From positions 1 to 42,164 of IMG/VR virus record IMGVR_UViG_3300037488_000245: DNA of 42,164 nt, one strand, 5' to 3'. The position numbers were made by a program, and so were the translations under genes. A model generated the notes under the pieces. The model ran no database searches. It was not told the origin of the DNA and saw nothing but the letters and a program-made list of their open reading frames with translations. Below, piece by piece: positions 18,801 to 26,849 of the stretch; the stretch's first letter is position 1, and each line of letters starts with the position of its first letter. Source of the stretch: a virus (Duplodnaviria > Caudoviricetes).

Positions 18801-20861
18801 TTAGATGGCAAGGCTGCGACAACGCATAGCCATGCCATAGGTGACGTTACTGGTCTTCAGGGAGCTTTAGATGGCAAGGCTGCAGCTTCGCATACTCATG
18901 CTGCTGGAGATATTATTACAGGTACCATAGCTACAGCTAGACTTGGCTCAGGTACAGCTAACAATACAACATTCCTTAGGGGTGACAACACTTGGCAAAC
19001 CGTAAGTAGTGGTGCAACAAATCTTGATAGCTTGTCAGACGTTACAGTAGCAACTCCAACAACAGGTCAAACTTTAAAGTATAATGGAACTGTTTGGTCA
19101 AATAGTAACATAAACCTTACTGATATTACCGATTTACAAAGTCCAACAAACGGTCAAATACTTGCTGTTAGTTCGGGAGCTTGGACAGCAACAACACTTA
19201 ATAACGTAGCTGAAGTCGCAAAGCTAAATCCGATAGGTATTACACCTTCAGCTGCTGCTGGTCGTATACTTTTAACAAGTCTACTTGACGGGAGTGGGGC
19301 ATCAGTTCAGGAAACCGTACACGGTAACTTTATCGACACAGCTACTATTGATGCAACGTTTGAAGATAGAAGTGTTGGAACTCCAACGGGTATTGCAAAA
19401 TGGAAGTTCGATGTAAAGGATTCATCTATAGGAACTACCAAGCTTGGTGGAGATATTACCACAGCTGGTAAAGCTTTACTGGATGATACTGATGCTGCGG
19501 CTCAACGAACTACGCTGGGTCTAGGAACAGCCGCAACCTCTAATACGTCTGCATTTGCGGCAGCTTCTCACACGCATGCCGCCGGAGATATCACAACAGG
19601 CACCATAGCTCCAGCTAGACTTGGTTCTGGTACAGCCGATAGTACAACATTCCTTAGGGGTGACAATACTTGGCAAACCGTAAGTGGTGGTGGTGCTACA
19701 AATCTTGATGGTCTCAGTGATGTTGTTATTACTACCCCAGCATCAAATAATCTTCTTGGTTATAACGGATCTAGCTGGGTAAACAGAGCAGTCAATGACG
19801 CAATTGGTGATGCTACACTTGGGGTTGGTAAACTATCCCAAGGAACTGCAACTAATGGTCAAGTACTAGCTTGGAATAACATTGCCAGTAGTTGGGCACC
19901 CGCTGATCCATCAGGTGGTGGCGCAACACCACAAGGTAGTGATGGCGCAATTCAATATAACAGTGCTGGTTCCTTTGAAGGTGCTACATCTACGCTTATC
20001 TCAGCAAACGGTAATATCCAACTAAACGACTCTACAGAATCTACGGGTATAGCTAACTCAACTATCTTATTTTCTAAATCATTTGCTGGTAGATCTTTAC
20101 CAACTATACGTTCTGGATCTGCATGCCCTGATACAAATCTACAAATTTGTATTGGAAGAAACAGAATAGCTTGGGCAAACTTTTCTGGGGCATCTACAAC
20201 CCTAAGCGCATTCGGTATTGCATTATCTACAACAGGAACGGCTGCGGCTGGTACCTTAACAGTAAGCGGTGGTACTCAACTAGGAAGGCAGATGAGAACA
20301 ACGTATTCTAACACTGCTGCTATAAACGCCTTTGTTGGTGTACGAACAGGTTCGTCTCAAGTTTGGCGTGGAACGGTTGCAAACTCTGGTGGTTTCCACA
20401 TTGTTTATCGCTTTGGCCGAAGCGATGCGATTACTCTTTGCTCTGAATATCACGGTGTTAGTTCAACGACATCTGCTCCCGGTGCTGGTCAGGTAGATCC
20501 GACTGCATTAAACTCTTATGTCAATAAGTTTGGTATTGGTCTTCGAACTACAGACACAAACTATCAGCTAATGCACTGCAATGGCACAGCAGTAGCAACC
20601 GTTGTAGATACTGGAATTGCTGCTGTACAGAATGTGTCATATAGATTAGAATTATTCTGGGAACCAGGTAACTCTTCTGTTATGAAGTGGCTGTTAGTAC
20701 GAGAAGATAATGATACATCCGCAACTGGAAGTGCAAGTACAAATCTTCCCGCACAAAACACAGCTCTATGTTTTACATCACACCGCTGCACTGTTAATAA
20801 TAACGCAGTAGTTACGCATAACTTTATTTCCTACTATCACGAACAAATAGGACTACAATAA
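15849..20861 (+). CDS. Large repetitive tail fibre/adhesin (1670 aa) with two Mtd_N-like domains and probable lectin-like domains
   Basis: TAAGGA SD. IRIRRD...WTAANPVLALGEI..D....IRVGDGTTAW..LP occurs twice (major tropism determinant N-terminal-like). At least 7 L-D-x-L-x-D-V...G-x-x-L-x-Y-x-G-x-x-W-x-N repeats and 3 GTA..TTFLRGD.TW repeats. Beta-sandwich-like blocks at ~17300-17825 and ~20070-20861. Confidence 0.85.
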   Translation: MANDLIRIRRDIYTNWTAANPVLALGEISYDLTNDEIRVGDGTTAWLSLPAVGSANLSDGSKGDIVVSSGGTVWSLSSALVAEIAAKLEASDLNLGTSTTPATTPLQIRRGNTLSWTGVVLQAGEIGFDSQLNEIRIGDGITDWDNLDPVGLNKLQNLSLEQIGDVVIANLTPGDVLIHDGTNWINQQIQFPATDLDDLTSVTLGSPTLGQVLTFNGTVWINSTPSVLSAGVKNDINVVSDTNWQIVDDSVTQAKLNLDLPVNPWDAATKDYTDTTVGLGVMSIEDQFGQPNGPALLDSTRKIGTGFLATGTASSTTFLRGDRTWATVDSGIPVGVKNDITVVAADDWQITANSIETTMLKASSVNAAKIGGTGISAFGKLLLNIAAPGDQQVPLYDENEGAWVPTSINDLIGPVALDTVVGIKDVSGGLLGISNQGLVDPSFLSSGYESISRQVLGNTSWIPEDLYKNPTTDTVAYTDGRSLGTWSLSSLTSGSVIFDNTAIISALAETANSNAAIKLPTTITANDKSLEFTARVRVRGASMTPNTNYVVGLYEMSTGVERYAAVVARDNVSTWTTVAKPDSGTSGTSTSTAISCLAWTDVKITIKNNEIKMYINGTLVSTTATTAFVGLPLSLGCAVFCEAATAPQAELEVEYMRVSNTDGQLIHPRMIEQAGATTGQVLSWSGSTWQPAAGGVGGATNLDGLSDVVITDPAQGNFLWYDTGAWKNSYFTLDKALDVATLTPGNEQALIYDSGDSQWKNRTVLSLDRLTFNTAPPSQSALVGNIYYDQGTSSLVTPLSGNVLAELGKTSHTRVLNKTGNDILKGRVVRVTGSQGQKITVALANASSETTAATTIGISAELIADDAEAFIITEGLLRGINTNLLVKGTTPEEGDPLWLNTVNGEMTVDRPVAPNHGVFLGWLIRLGNGSSGEIFVRVINGSELNELHDVLITTPITGNVLRYTGTVWANAALAIADVTSLQGALDGKAATTHSHAIGDVTGLQGALDGKAAASHTHAAGDIITGTIATARLGSGTANNTTFLRGDNTWQTVSSGATNLDSLSDVTVATPTTGQTLKYNGTVWSNSNINLTDITDLQSPTNGQILAVSSGAWTATTLNNVAEVAKLNPIGITPSAAAGRILLTSLLDGSGASVQETVHGNFIDTATIDATFEDRSVGTPTGIAKWKFDVKDSSIGTTKLGGDITTAGKALLDDTDAAAQRTTLGLGTAATSNTSAFAAASHTHAAGDITTGTIAPARLGSGTADSTTFLRGDNTWQTVSGGGATNLDGLSDVVITTPASNNLLGYNGSSWVNRAVNDAIGDATLGVGKLSQGTATNGQVLAWNNIASSWAPADPSGGGATPQGSDGAIQYNSAGSFEGATSTLISANGNIQLNDSTESTGIANSTILFSKSFAGRSLPTIRSGSACPDTNLQICIGRNRIAWANFSGASTTLSAFGIALSTTGTAAAGTLTVSGGTQLGRQMRTTYSNTAAINAFVGVRTGSSQVWRGTVANSGGFHIVYRFGRSDAITLCSEYHGVSSTTSAPGAGQVDPTALNSYVNKFGIGLRTTDTNYQLMHCNGTAVATVVDTGIAAVQNVSYRLELFWEPGNSSVMKWLLVREDNDTSATGSASTNLPAQNTALCFTSHRCTVNNNAVVTHNFISYYHEQIGLQ
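18776..18883 (+). repeat. Tandem direct repeat inside the fibre gene (42 nt x2, period 66 nt)
   Basis: TGACGTTACT(A/G)GTCTTCAGGGAGCTTTAGATGGCAAGGCTGC at 18776-18817 and 18842-18883, one mismatch. Confidence 0.95.
18882..19724 (+). repeat. Diverged ~160-nt duplication inside the fibre gene (18882-19043 vs 19560-19724)
   Basis: Both copies encode AASHTHAAGDI.TGTIA.ARLGSGTA..TTFLRGDNTWQTVS.G.. and share runs such as TACAACATTCCTTAGGGGTGACAA. Confidence 0.9.
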
Positions 20862-20906
20862 ACATGGTATTTACGATACGTTTTTACAAGATACCGGAGG
20901 TTACGG

Positions 20907-22448
20907 TTGATAAATCCCCTCTTTAACGTTGATCGGAGACCATGTGCTCACTTATCAAGTCCTATTTCCTTTGGTGGAAGTACAGCTAATGATGCCAGAT
21001 GGCATAGTTCAGTAGATTATGTTTTACCAAGCATTGATACCGCAACTGGAAATAGATATGCCGGAGTAACCATTGATAGTTCAATTGGTGTGCAAGAAAT
21101 TATAAAGAGTATGTCATATCTTTATGACCGTGGTATACGTCGATTTATGATCAACAGCCCATGCGGTAACATCTTTACTGGTGGAATTCCAGCTTATGGT
21201 GGTATTTGGTCTCCTATGACATCGAGATATGTCATTCGACCAACTGATGGGGCTAAGATTCCAAACCCATATCCTGAATGCTGGAGGAGTATTCCCGGAC
21301 AGACAAATCCTCCAACAATAGTCCCTGCAATCAACGACCCCAATTTGGATACATTACCGTTTAATTCAACAGGTCGAATAAATGAGTGGTATCAGCAATT
21401 ACGACTTTGGCTTGTTGGTGGACTAGGCTATTCAAATCACTCAGATTCTGAGGTCTACATATATACCGGATATGGTATTCCAACAAAAATAAATGCAGGT
21501 TCCATTGTTCCAGACTATAGTGCTAACTATGTCCGTGAGATGGGGATGTCTAGTAATATTATCTACATGGACAAACCAGATGGTATTGGGTTTCAATTAC
21601 CTGATCCAGATAATAATTCGCTTCACGATACCTACCTAAGAACTGAGTGGGCAAAGTGGCTAGAAGTTGGTATTTGTGGTGTTGGAGCAGACGTTGGTGT
21701 ATATGGTTGGAACTATAAGTTTGGATCTTGGCTTTATAATTTTTCGGGACTTCCTGATTTAAACACGGTTACACCAGCTAACTATAATGTACGACGCACA
21801 AACATGCGAAGATGGTTTGAACGGCTCTGGAACTCAACACTACCCGGATTGAACGCGGGACAACGCTTTAGTAGTTCAAATAACTTTAGTTACTTCCTAG
21901 AAAACTTTCCATGGGATACAGACCAAAATAACGTTATAAACTTATCTACGAGTACCCCTATTACACCGGATACAGATGAGTACCACAGTTTCTGGAATCC
22001 TCTAGGTGGTTTGAGAGACCGTAACTCAACTGAATACGGACCGGGATGGCAACACTACGCGAAGTATATAATTACCCAAGACTCTTTGAATCAAAGAACA
22101 AACAATAGTTGGCCCGGTGGCCCCACAGGATATAACGGAGCAGATCCAAATAGAAAGTGGAAATTCGATTCAAGTACCACAGAAATTCATATTCTAGCTA
22201 CTTCCCTAGCTAGGCCAGTTACATTAGATACTAACGAAAACTTAACCAATCTATCTAACAACATCAATGCTCCAGCTACTCAAGCTATAATTGACGCAGC
22301 TGTTGACTGGTGGTTATATTACTTTCAAGAGTGTGGCTATGTATATCAACCGTTGGTATATCACAATAGCTACCTCATTCAGAAACACATTCACAAAGGT
22401 ATCATGCAGGGGCTTGGTTACTGGCCCGTAAGTGATCCCGCACCATAA
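20907..22448 (+). CDS. Hypothetical protein (513 aa), aromatic/Asn/Pro-rich, possibly a TIM-barrel carbohydrate-active fold
   Basis: TTG start after GGAGG. LYDRGIRRFMIN and GICGVGADVG resemble glycoside-hydrolase barrel strands. Function is weak inference. Confidence 0.6.
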   Translation: MINPLFNVDRRPCAHLSSPISFGGSTANDARWHSSVDYVLPSIDTATGNRYAGVTIDSSIGVQEIIKSMSYLYDRGIRRFMINSPCGNIFTGGIPAYGGIWSPMTSRYVIRPTDGAKIPNPYPECWRSIPGQTNPPTIVPAINDPNLDTLPFNSTGRINEWYQQLRLWLVGGLGYSNHSDSEVYIYTGYGIPTKINAGSIVPDYSANYVREMGMSSNIIYMDKPDGIGFQLPDPDNNSLHDTYLRTEWAKWLEVGICGVGADVGVYGWNYKFGSWLYNFSGLPDLNTVTPANYNVRRTNMRRWFERLWNSTLPGLNAGQRFSSSNNFSYFLENFPWDTDQNNVINLSTSTPITPDTDEYHSFWNPLGGLRDRNSTEYGPGWQHYAKYIITQDSLNQRTNNSWPGGPTGYNGADPNRKWKFDSSTTEIHILATSLARPVTLDTNENLTNLSNNINAPATQAIIDAAVDWWLYYFQECGYVYQPLVYHNSYLIQKHIHKGIMQGLGYWPVSDPAP

Positions 22449-22458
22449 AGGAATTACA

Positions 22459-22593
22459 ATGATTTTAGCTTCATTCGAATCGTTACTTGGCAGCATCTGG
22501 TTTGCCGGACTCGCCGCAGTTGTTGGCTACATCGCCGGACACATCTTCCCAATCACTAGCCTCGCTGATCTCTTTAAGAAGGGTGGCAAGTAA
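22459..22593 (+). CDS. 44-aa membrane peptide MILASFESLLGSIWFAGLAAVVGYIAGHIFPITSLADLFKKGGK (not in the ORF track)
   Basis: AAGGA SD, single TM, basic tail, TAATG coupling to the next ORF. Confidence 0.75.
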   Translation: MILASFESLLGSIWFAGLAAVVGYIAGHIFPITSLADLFKKGGK

Positions 22594-22706
22594 TGCCTAA
22601 GGTTGGAAAGAAAGAATTCCCATACACTGCAAAGGGTATGGCAATGGCTAAGGAAGCCGCTAAGAAGAGTGGCAAGCCAATGAAGAAGGCTAAGAAGAAG
22701 AAGTAA
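22593..22706 (+). CDS. 37-aa Lys-rich protein MPKVGKKEFPYTAKGMAMAKEAAKKSGKPMKKAKKKK (not in the ORF track)
   Basis: TAATG overlaps at both ends. The MPKVGKK.FPYT.KG start resembles small basic ORFs of aquatic phages. Confidence 0.8.
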   Translation: MPKVGKKEFPYTAKGMAMAKEAAKKSGKPMKKAKKKK

Positions 22707-22747
22707 TGTCTTCTGCAAAGCGATCTAACGAAAGGAAAAAGAAATGA
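22706..22747 (+). CDS. Possible 13-aa coupling peptide MSSAKRSNERKKK
   Basis: Start overlaps the upstream stop (TAATG) and its stop overlaps the downstream start (ATGA). Confidence 0.4.
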   Translation: MSSAKRSNERKKK

Positions 22748-22869
22748 AAAAGAAACCACACTCAATGAAGGCAGAAGGTAAGAAGCACGGCAAGAAGCAT
22801 GAGAAGGCCGAATCAAAGGCTTTCGAGAAGAAGGAAAAGAAGGCTAAGAAGTACAAGAAGGGTATGTGA
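22744..22869 (+). CDS. 41-aa Lys/His/Glu-rich protein MKKKPHSMKAEGKKHGKKHEKAESKAFEKKEKKAKKYKKGM (not in the ORF track)
   Basis: AAGGA SD, AAG-biased codons, TGATG coupling to the next gene. Confidence 0.75.
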   Translation: MKKKPHSMKAEGKKHGKKHEKAESKAFEKKEKKAKKYKKGM

Positions 22870-23204
22870 TGCCAAAGAAGCCATCAGTATCTATGACCAA
22901 GAAGGATAAGAACCCAAAGGGTGGCTTAACCCAAGCTGGTCGTAATAAGTACAACAAAGCAACTGGCTCTAATCTTAAGGCTCCTGTTGGTCGTGCTCCC
23001 AAGACACCAGAAGAGATGCGTAGACAAGGATCATTTCTAGTTCGCATGGGATCTGCAGCTGGTCCACTCAAGGATGAGAAGGGTCGTAAGACTCGACTTA
23101 AGCTTAGCCTAGAGGCTTGGAATCACCATGGTGATAAGGCATCCGCTGTTTCGAAGGGTCGCAGACTTCTTGAAAGATATCAAAACACTAAGAAAAAGAA
23201 GTAG
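22869..23204 (+). CDS. Basic phage protein, DUF6321-like
   Basis: KNPKGGLT..GR..YN..TGSNLKAPV...RR.SF..RM...SLEAW pattern, recalled as DUF6321. ATG 22869 is coupled to the previous stop. Confidence 0.7.
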   Translation: MPKKPSVSMTKKDKNPKGGLTQAGRNKYNKATGSNLKAPVGRAPKTPEEMRRQGSFLVRMGSAAGPLKDEKGRKTRLKLSLEAWNHHGDKASAVSKGRRLLERYQNTKKKK

Positions 23205-23208
23205 CACC

Positions 23209-23409
23209 ATGGGCAAGGAAATTGATACATTAAAAGATCTACTTATTGATTGCCTCATTCAAGATCTCACTGATCCTGAAAAGAGAACTCCCGGACTCTA
23301 TCAAGTAGTCGCAAGAGTTGTTGCAGACAATAAGTCAGATACCATTCCAGCTGTAAAGGCTGAAACCCTAGAGGGACTAGCTCCCTTTAAGTTAAGAAAA
23401 CAAGCCTAG
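23209..23409 (+). CDS. Terminase small subunit, T7 gp18-like
   Basis: DLTDPEKRTPGLYQVV resembles T7 gp18 DLSDHERRSPQLYNAI. Upstream of terL. ATG 23209 is preferred over the 23128 start. Confidence 0.75.
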   Translation: MGKEIDTLKDLLIDCLIQDLTDPEKRTPGLYQVVARVVADNKSDTIPAVKAETLEGLAPFKLRKQA

Positions 23410-23522
23410 TCCGCATAGACAGCGTAAGCTGGGACTAGTCTATATTGGCCGCACCCGCTCTGATAGGCTGGTGTCTTATGGCCGCACTACCGGGCAATCA
23501 ATTGCGCCGGGAATTTCGCTAC

Positions 23523-23556
23523 GGGAGGGGAGATCGGTAGGTCTCCCCTCCTATTT
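23523..23556 (+). promoter_or_regulatory. Strong GC hairpin just 5' of the terL ribosome-binding site (weak terminator, processing site or stabiliser)
   Basis: GGGAGGGGAGATC-GGTA-GGTCTCCCCTCCT followed by only ATTT. Confidence 0.6.
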
Positions 23557-23570
23557 GAAAGGAGGTACTC

Positions 23571-25241
23571 ATGCAAGTACCAAAGGAAGTCTTAGAAGAC
23601 TTTAGAAATCACTGCTTCTTTTGCATGAAGTACTTAGGACTTGGTGAGCCAAGCCCACTTCAGTATGCAATAGCTGAGTGTGTTCAGAATGGCCCCAAGG
23701 ATATGCAGCTACAAGCTGGCCGTGGTGCTGGTAAATCAACCATCGTTGCTATGTATGCTTCGTGGTTATTACTTCAGAACCCAAACACAACCATTATGGT
23801 CTTATCAGCAACACAGGATAAGGCAATTAAGTTTATTTCACAGGTTAGACAGATTCTAAGTCTAGTCCCTTATATGCAGCATCTACTGCCTAAGGATCAC
23901 GACAAGGACTCTGCGTTTGGTTTTAATGTGGGTATTCGGGATAAGGTTGGTCAAGATCTTTCCTGCTATGCGAAGGGCATCACGGGACAGATCACGGGTA
24001 GCCACGCAGACTATGTGTTGGCTGACGATATTGAAATTGAAAAGAACTCTGACAACCCCCAAGCAAGACAGAAACTGTTAGATAAGTTAACCGAACTGGA
24101 ACAAATCAGAAACCCCGTTGAGTGGGGTCGTATTGTTTTCTTGGGTACTTATCAAAGTACGGACTCAATCTATCTACGTCTTCCATATGAGATTGTAAAA
24201 TTTCCTGCGGTCATCCCAGATCCAGAAATTGAATCACAGTGGTTGCACTGCCATCAGTATATCGCTGACTTGGAAGGAGAACCGGGAGATACGGTAGATC
24301 CAATACGATTCCCTCAACAAATTCTAGAGGAACGTCTAGCAAAGATTGGTCCACGTCAGTTTGCTCTACACTATCTTTTAGACCCCTCCCTTAGTGATGC
24401 TAGTAAGCATCCACTTAAGCTTGAGGATCTAATTGTCATGGATGTATCTCCAGAGGTATTTCCAGAGAAGGTCGTGTGGGCACGTAGCAAGCCACTAGAT
24501 ATTCCTAGTTATGGAATGAATGGTGATCTTCTATACGGACCAATGTGGGCATCTGCAACGATGGCTAAGTACTTAGATACACGGTTATGTATTGACCCCT
24601 CTGGTCGTGGTGCAGACGAAACAGCCTACTGTGTTGCATCGTTTGTAAATGGGTACATTGTCATCCATGAACTAGATGGCCTACCCGGAGGATACGACGA
24701 TACAACTCTTGGTAGAATCGCTAAGATTGCGAATCAATATCAGGTTTCCACCATCATGGTAGAAGCTAACTACGGTGATGGTATGTTTACGTCACTGTTG
24801 AGACCAATCGTGTATGGTATTTGTGGTCGTGTTGCCATTGATGAATTCAAAGTATCCGGTGCAAAAGAGAAACGAATCCTAGACACCCTCGAACCCGTTA
24901 TGGCCCAGCATCGGCTGGTCTTTGATACCGAAGCCATTAGATCGAAAGAGACGCAAATTCAAATCTCTCGTATGCAGAATAGACGTGGTGCTCTTAAGCA
25001 TGATGACCGCGTTGATGTTCTAGCAAGCTTGGTTAAACTATGGGTTGATAATCTAGTTATAACACCAGATGAGATTATTGAACGAAACAAAGAAAAAGAA
25101 CACCGAGATACCGTCAAGGAATGGTTAAGCAACAAGAGAATTGTTGGCTTGCTTGGTGAGAAATATCGTGGAATAATAGAAGCACAAGAGCGTGTTAATA
25201 AAAGACATGGCTCTGTTATTGATAACTTTTATAGGAGATAA
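23571..25241 (+). CDS. terL: Terminase large subunit, T7 gp19-like
   Basis: AAGGAGGT SD. Walker A LQAGRGAGKS, GITGQITGSHAD, Walker B VLADDIE, nuclease motif IDPSGRGADET, VEANYGDGMF, KEKRILDTLEPV, HDDRVD. Confidence 0.96.
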   Translation: MQVPKEVLEDFRNHCFFCMKYLGLGEPSPLQYAIAECVQNGPKDMQLQAGRGAGKSTIVAMYASWLLLQNPNTTIMVLSATQDKAIKFISQVRQILSLVPYMQHLLPKDHDKDSAFGFNVGIRDKVGQDLSCYAKGITGQITGSHADYVLADDIEIEKNSDNPQARQKLLDKLTELEQIRNPVEWGRIVFLGTYQSTDSIYLRLPYEIVKFPAVIPDPEIESQWLHCHQYIADLEGEPGDTVDPIRFPQQILEERLAKIGPRQFALHYLLDPSLSDASKHPLKLEDLIVMDVSPEVFPEKVVWARSKPLDIPSYGMNGDLLYGPMWASATMAKYLDTRLCIDPSGRGADETAYCVASFVNGYIVIHELDGLPGGYDDTTLGRIAKIANQYQVSTIMVEANYGDGMFTSLLRPIVYGICGRVAIDEFKVSGAKEKRILDTLEPVMAQHRLVFDTEAIRSKETQIQISRMQNRRGALKHDDRVDVLASLVKLWVDNLVITPDEIIERNKEKEHRDTVKEWLSNKRIVGLLGEKYRGIIEAQERVNKRHGSVIDNFYRR

Positions 25242-25242
25242 T

Positions 25243-25881
25243 ATGCCCATCTTTGCAGCAGCTATTGTAGGTGGACTAACAGCTGGATCAGGCATCCTTA
25301 GTGGAATGAGTGGTGCAGCTCAAGCAGATGCACAAGCTCAGGCCCAGCAGATGCAGCAGGACCAACAGAACTTTCAAAACCGCTGGCAGAACGAAGCAAA
25401 CAATAGAAATATTCTTCGCCAGTGGCAAGCACAATATCACGCCAATAGACAAATCGAACGATCTTCCTTGCAACAAGCTGTTGCAGGGGCATTCTACGGA
25501 ACAAAGGCATACCAGAATGCCACGTCAGAACTAAGTAAGAACACAAAACAAGTTACCGATCAGATGTTATCATCTGCTTCCTCTAGGGGCATTGCTCTTA
25601 ATTCAGCATCAGTCCGTGCAAGTATGCGACAGGCTGCTGAAGAAGCCCAGAAGATGTCTGGATCAATGCGGGTAAACTATATCAATCAAATGCAAGATCT
25701 AACCACTCAGCGAAGTAATGCTTTGGCTCAGCGAAACCTTATGGCTCCTGAGCAGAATGCGTTCTTACCAACTACAGGTGGTATTGCAAATTCATCCTCA
25801 AACATCCTAGCAACCGGAATTGCAACCGGGCTAATGTCTGGCCTCTCGTCAGGTATTGGCGCATACAATGCTTCATCATAA
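25243..25881 (+). CDS. Internal virion (ejection) protein, T7 gp14-like
   Basis: ATG 25243 after AGGAG. Hydrophobic Gly/Ala N- and C-termini (AAAIVGGLTAGSGILSG; LATGIATGLMSGLSSGIGAY) flank a Gln-rich helix containing ASSRGI..NSAS. Confidence 0.75.
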   Translation: MPIFAAAIVGGLTAGSGILSGMSGAAQADAQAQAQQMQQDQQNFQNRWQNEANNRNILRQWQAQYHANRQIERSSLQQAVAGAFYGTKAYQNATSELSKNTKQVTDQMLSSASSRGIALNSASVRASMRQAAEEAQKMSGSMRVNYINQMQDLTTQRSNALAQRNLMAPEQNAFLPTTGGIANSSSNILATGIATGLMSGLSSGIGAYNASS

Positions 25882-26849
25882 TGCTTAATCCAGATAAACT
25901 ACAAAGACTATTTGAAATTGCTACTGGTAGAAAACCAGAACAACAAAGAGTTGTTGAGGCTAAGAAGAAAGCAAGCGGTCTTGAGCGAACCAAGAAGCGC
26001 AAGCAAATCTTTAAGGAGCTTTATAAAGATCCGGTGACTGCTTTTGAACGCTGGTACCAAGATTCCCTCAAGGATGTTAACTCAGATAATGCCGATGAGT
26101 TTTGGGCAGATGCTGAAGCAGACTTTCCGGGTAGTCCTGATCAAGCAAAGGATTGGTTACGGTCAAACGTACAACGACCAACCGAACCAACTAATAAAGA
26201 ATTCACACTAAGAAACACAATGTCCAAAGCACCAACGTGGCTCCAACAGGAACTATCTCCTGAGCTAGCTGATGCTGAAAGAGTTGTTGCCTCACAAAAT
26301 CTTAGTAAGTCTCAGGTAGCATACCGAAAGGTTCTACAGGATAAGCTTGGTAAGTTTGACTTTACGGCTCTTGACCCAGACGTTCCAGCTGAAATTCACG
26401 TCGCTGATATGTTAAAGATGGAGATGCTTGGTATCTTAGATACCGCTTCGATAACTGATGGTCGCTTTGTAACACTCAATAAAGATGGAACTATTCAACC
26501 AGCCTTTGCGTTAAACAACTCTGAGGATGCTGGTGGTTTAGGTCTTGGACCAGAAACAGAAATCATTACAAAGATGGCTAAGCCCATGTTTGAGAAGGCG
26601 GTCATTGAGGGTTTGGATACTGGAGCTGAACTTCAAAGTGTAAACAACAGAGCAGCAACTGGTGCTGGTTTAAACATGCTTCCAGATATGGATGTATCTG
26701 AGTGGTCAACAGTTCTTGGAGCTATGCCACCGGAGGATGTAAAAGGAGCTATCCAATCTGGCTTCAATAAGAAGGCAGCAATAGATCCATTTGCATCAAA
26801 TGAAGATGTATTAGCAGATGCTCTTTCTATAGAGGATTTACTTAGATGA
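25881..26849 (+). CDS. Hypothetical protein (322 aa) within the internal virion module
   Basis: TAATG and ATGA couplings at both ends. No recognisable family. Confidence 0.7.
   Translation: MLNPDKLQRLFEIATGRKPEQQRVVEAKKKASGLERTKKRKQIFKELYKDPVTAFERWYQDSLKDVNSDNADEFWADAEADFPGSPDQAKDWLRSNVQRPTEPTNKEFTLRNTMSKAPTWLQQELSPELADAERVVASQNLSKSQVAYRKVLQDKLGKFDFTALDPDVPAEIHVADMLKMEMLGILDTASITDGRFVTLNKDGTIQPAFALNNSEDAGGLGLGPETEIITKMAKPMFEKAVIEGLDTGAELQSVNNRAATGAGLNMLPDMDVSEWSTVLGAMPPEDVKGAIQSGFNKKAAIDPFASNEDVLADALSIEDLLR

Noticed and set aside
15849-20861. Diversity-generating retroelement, suggested by Mtd_N-like domains and internal repeats
   Set aside because: There is no reverse transcriptase or Avd gene in the window. 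Both repeat copies are in-frame coding, their differences are mostly synonymous and not adenine-specific, and neither lies at the 3' end.
23410-23560. Hammerhead or HDV-like ribozyme, or tRNA, in the terS-terL spacer
   Set aside because: CTGATAG does not fit the CUGANGA core, and no convincing nested pseudoknot or cloverleaf could be built by eye. The region is kept only as an unclassified structured element.
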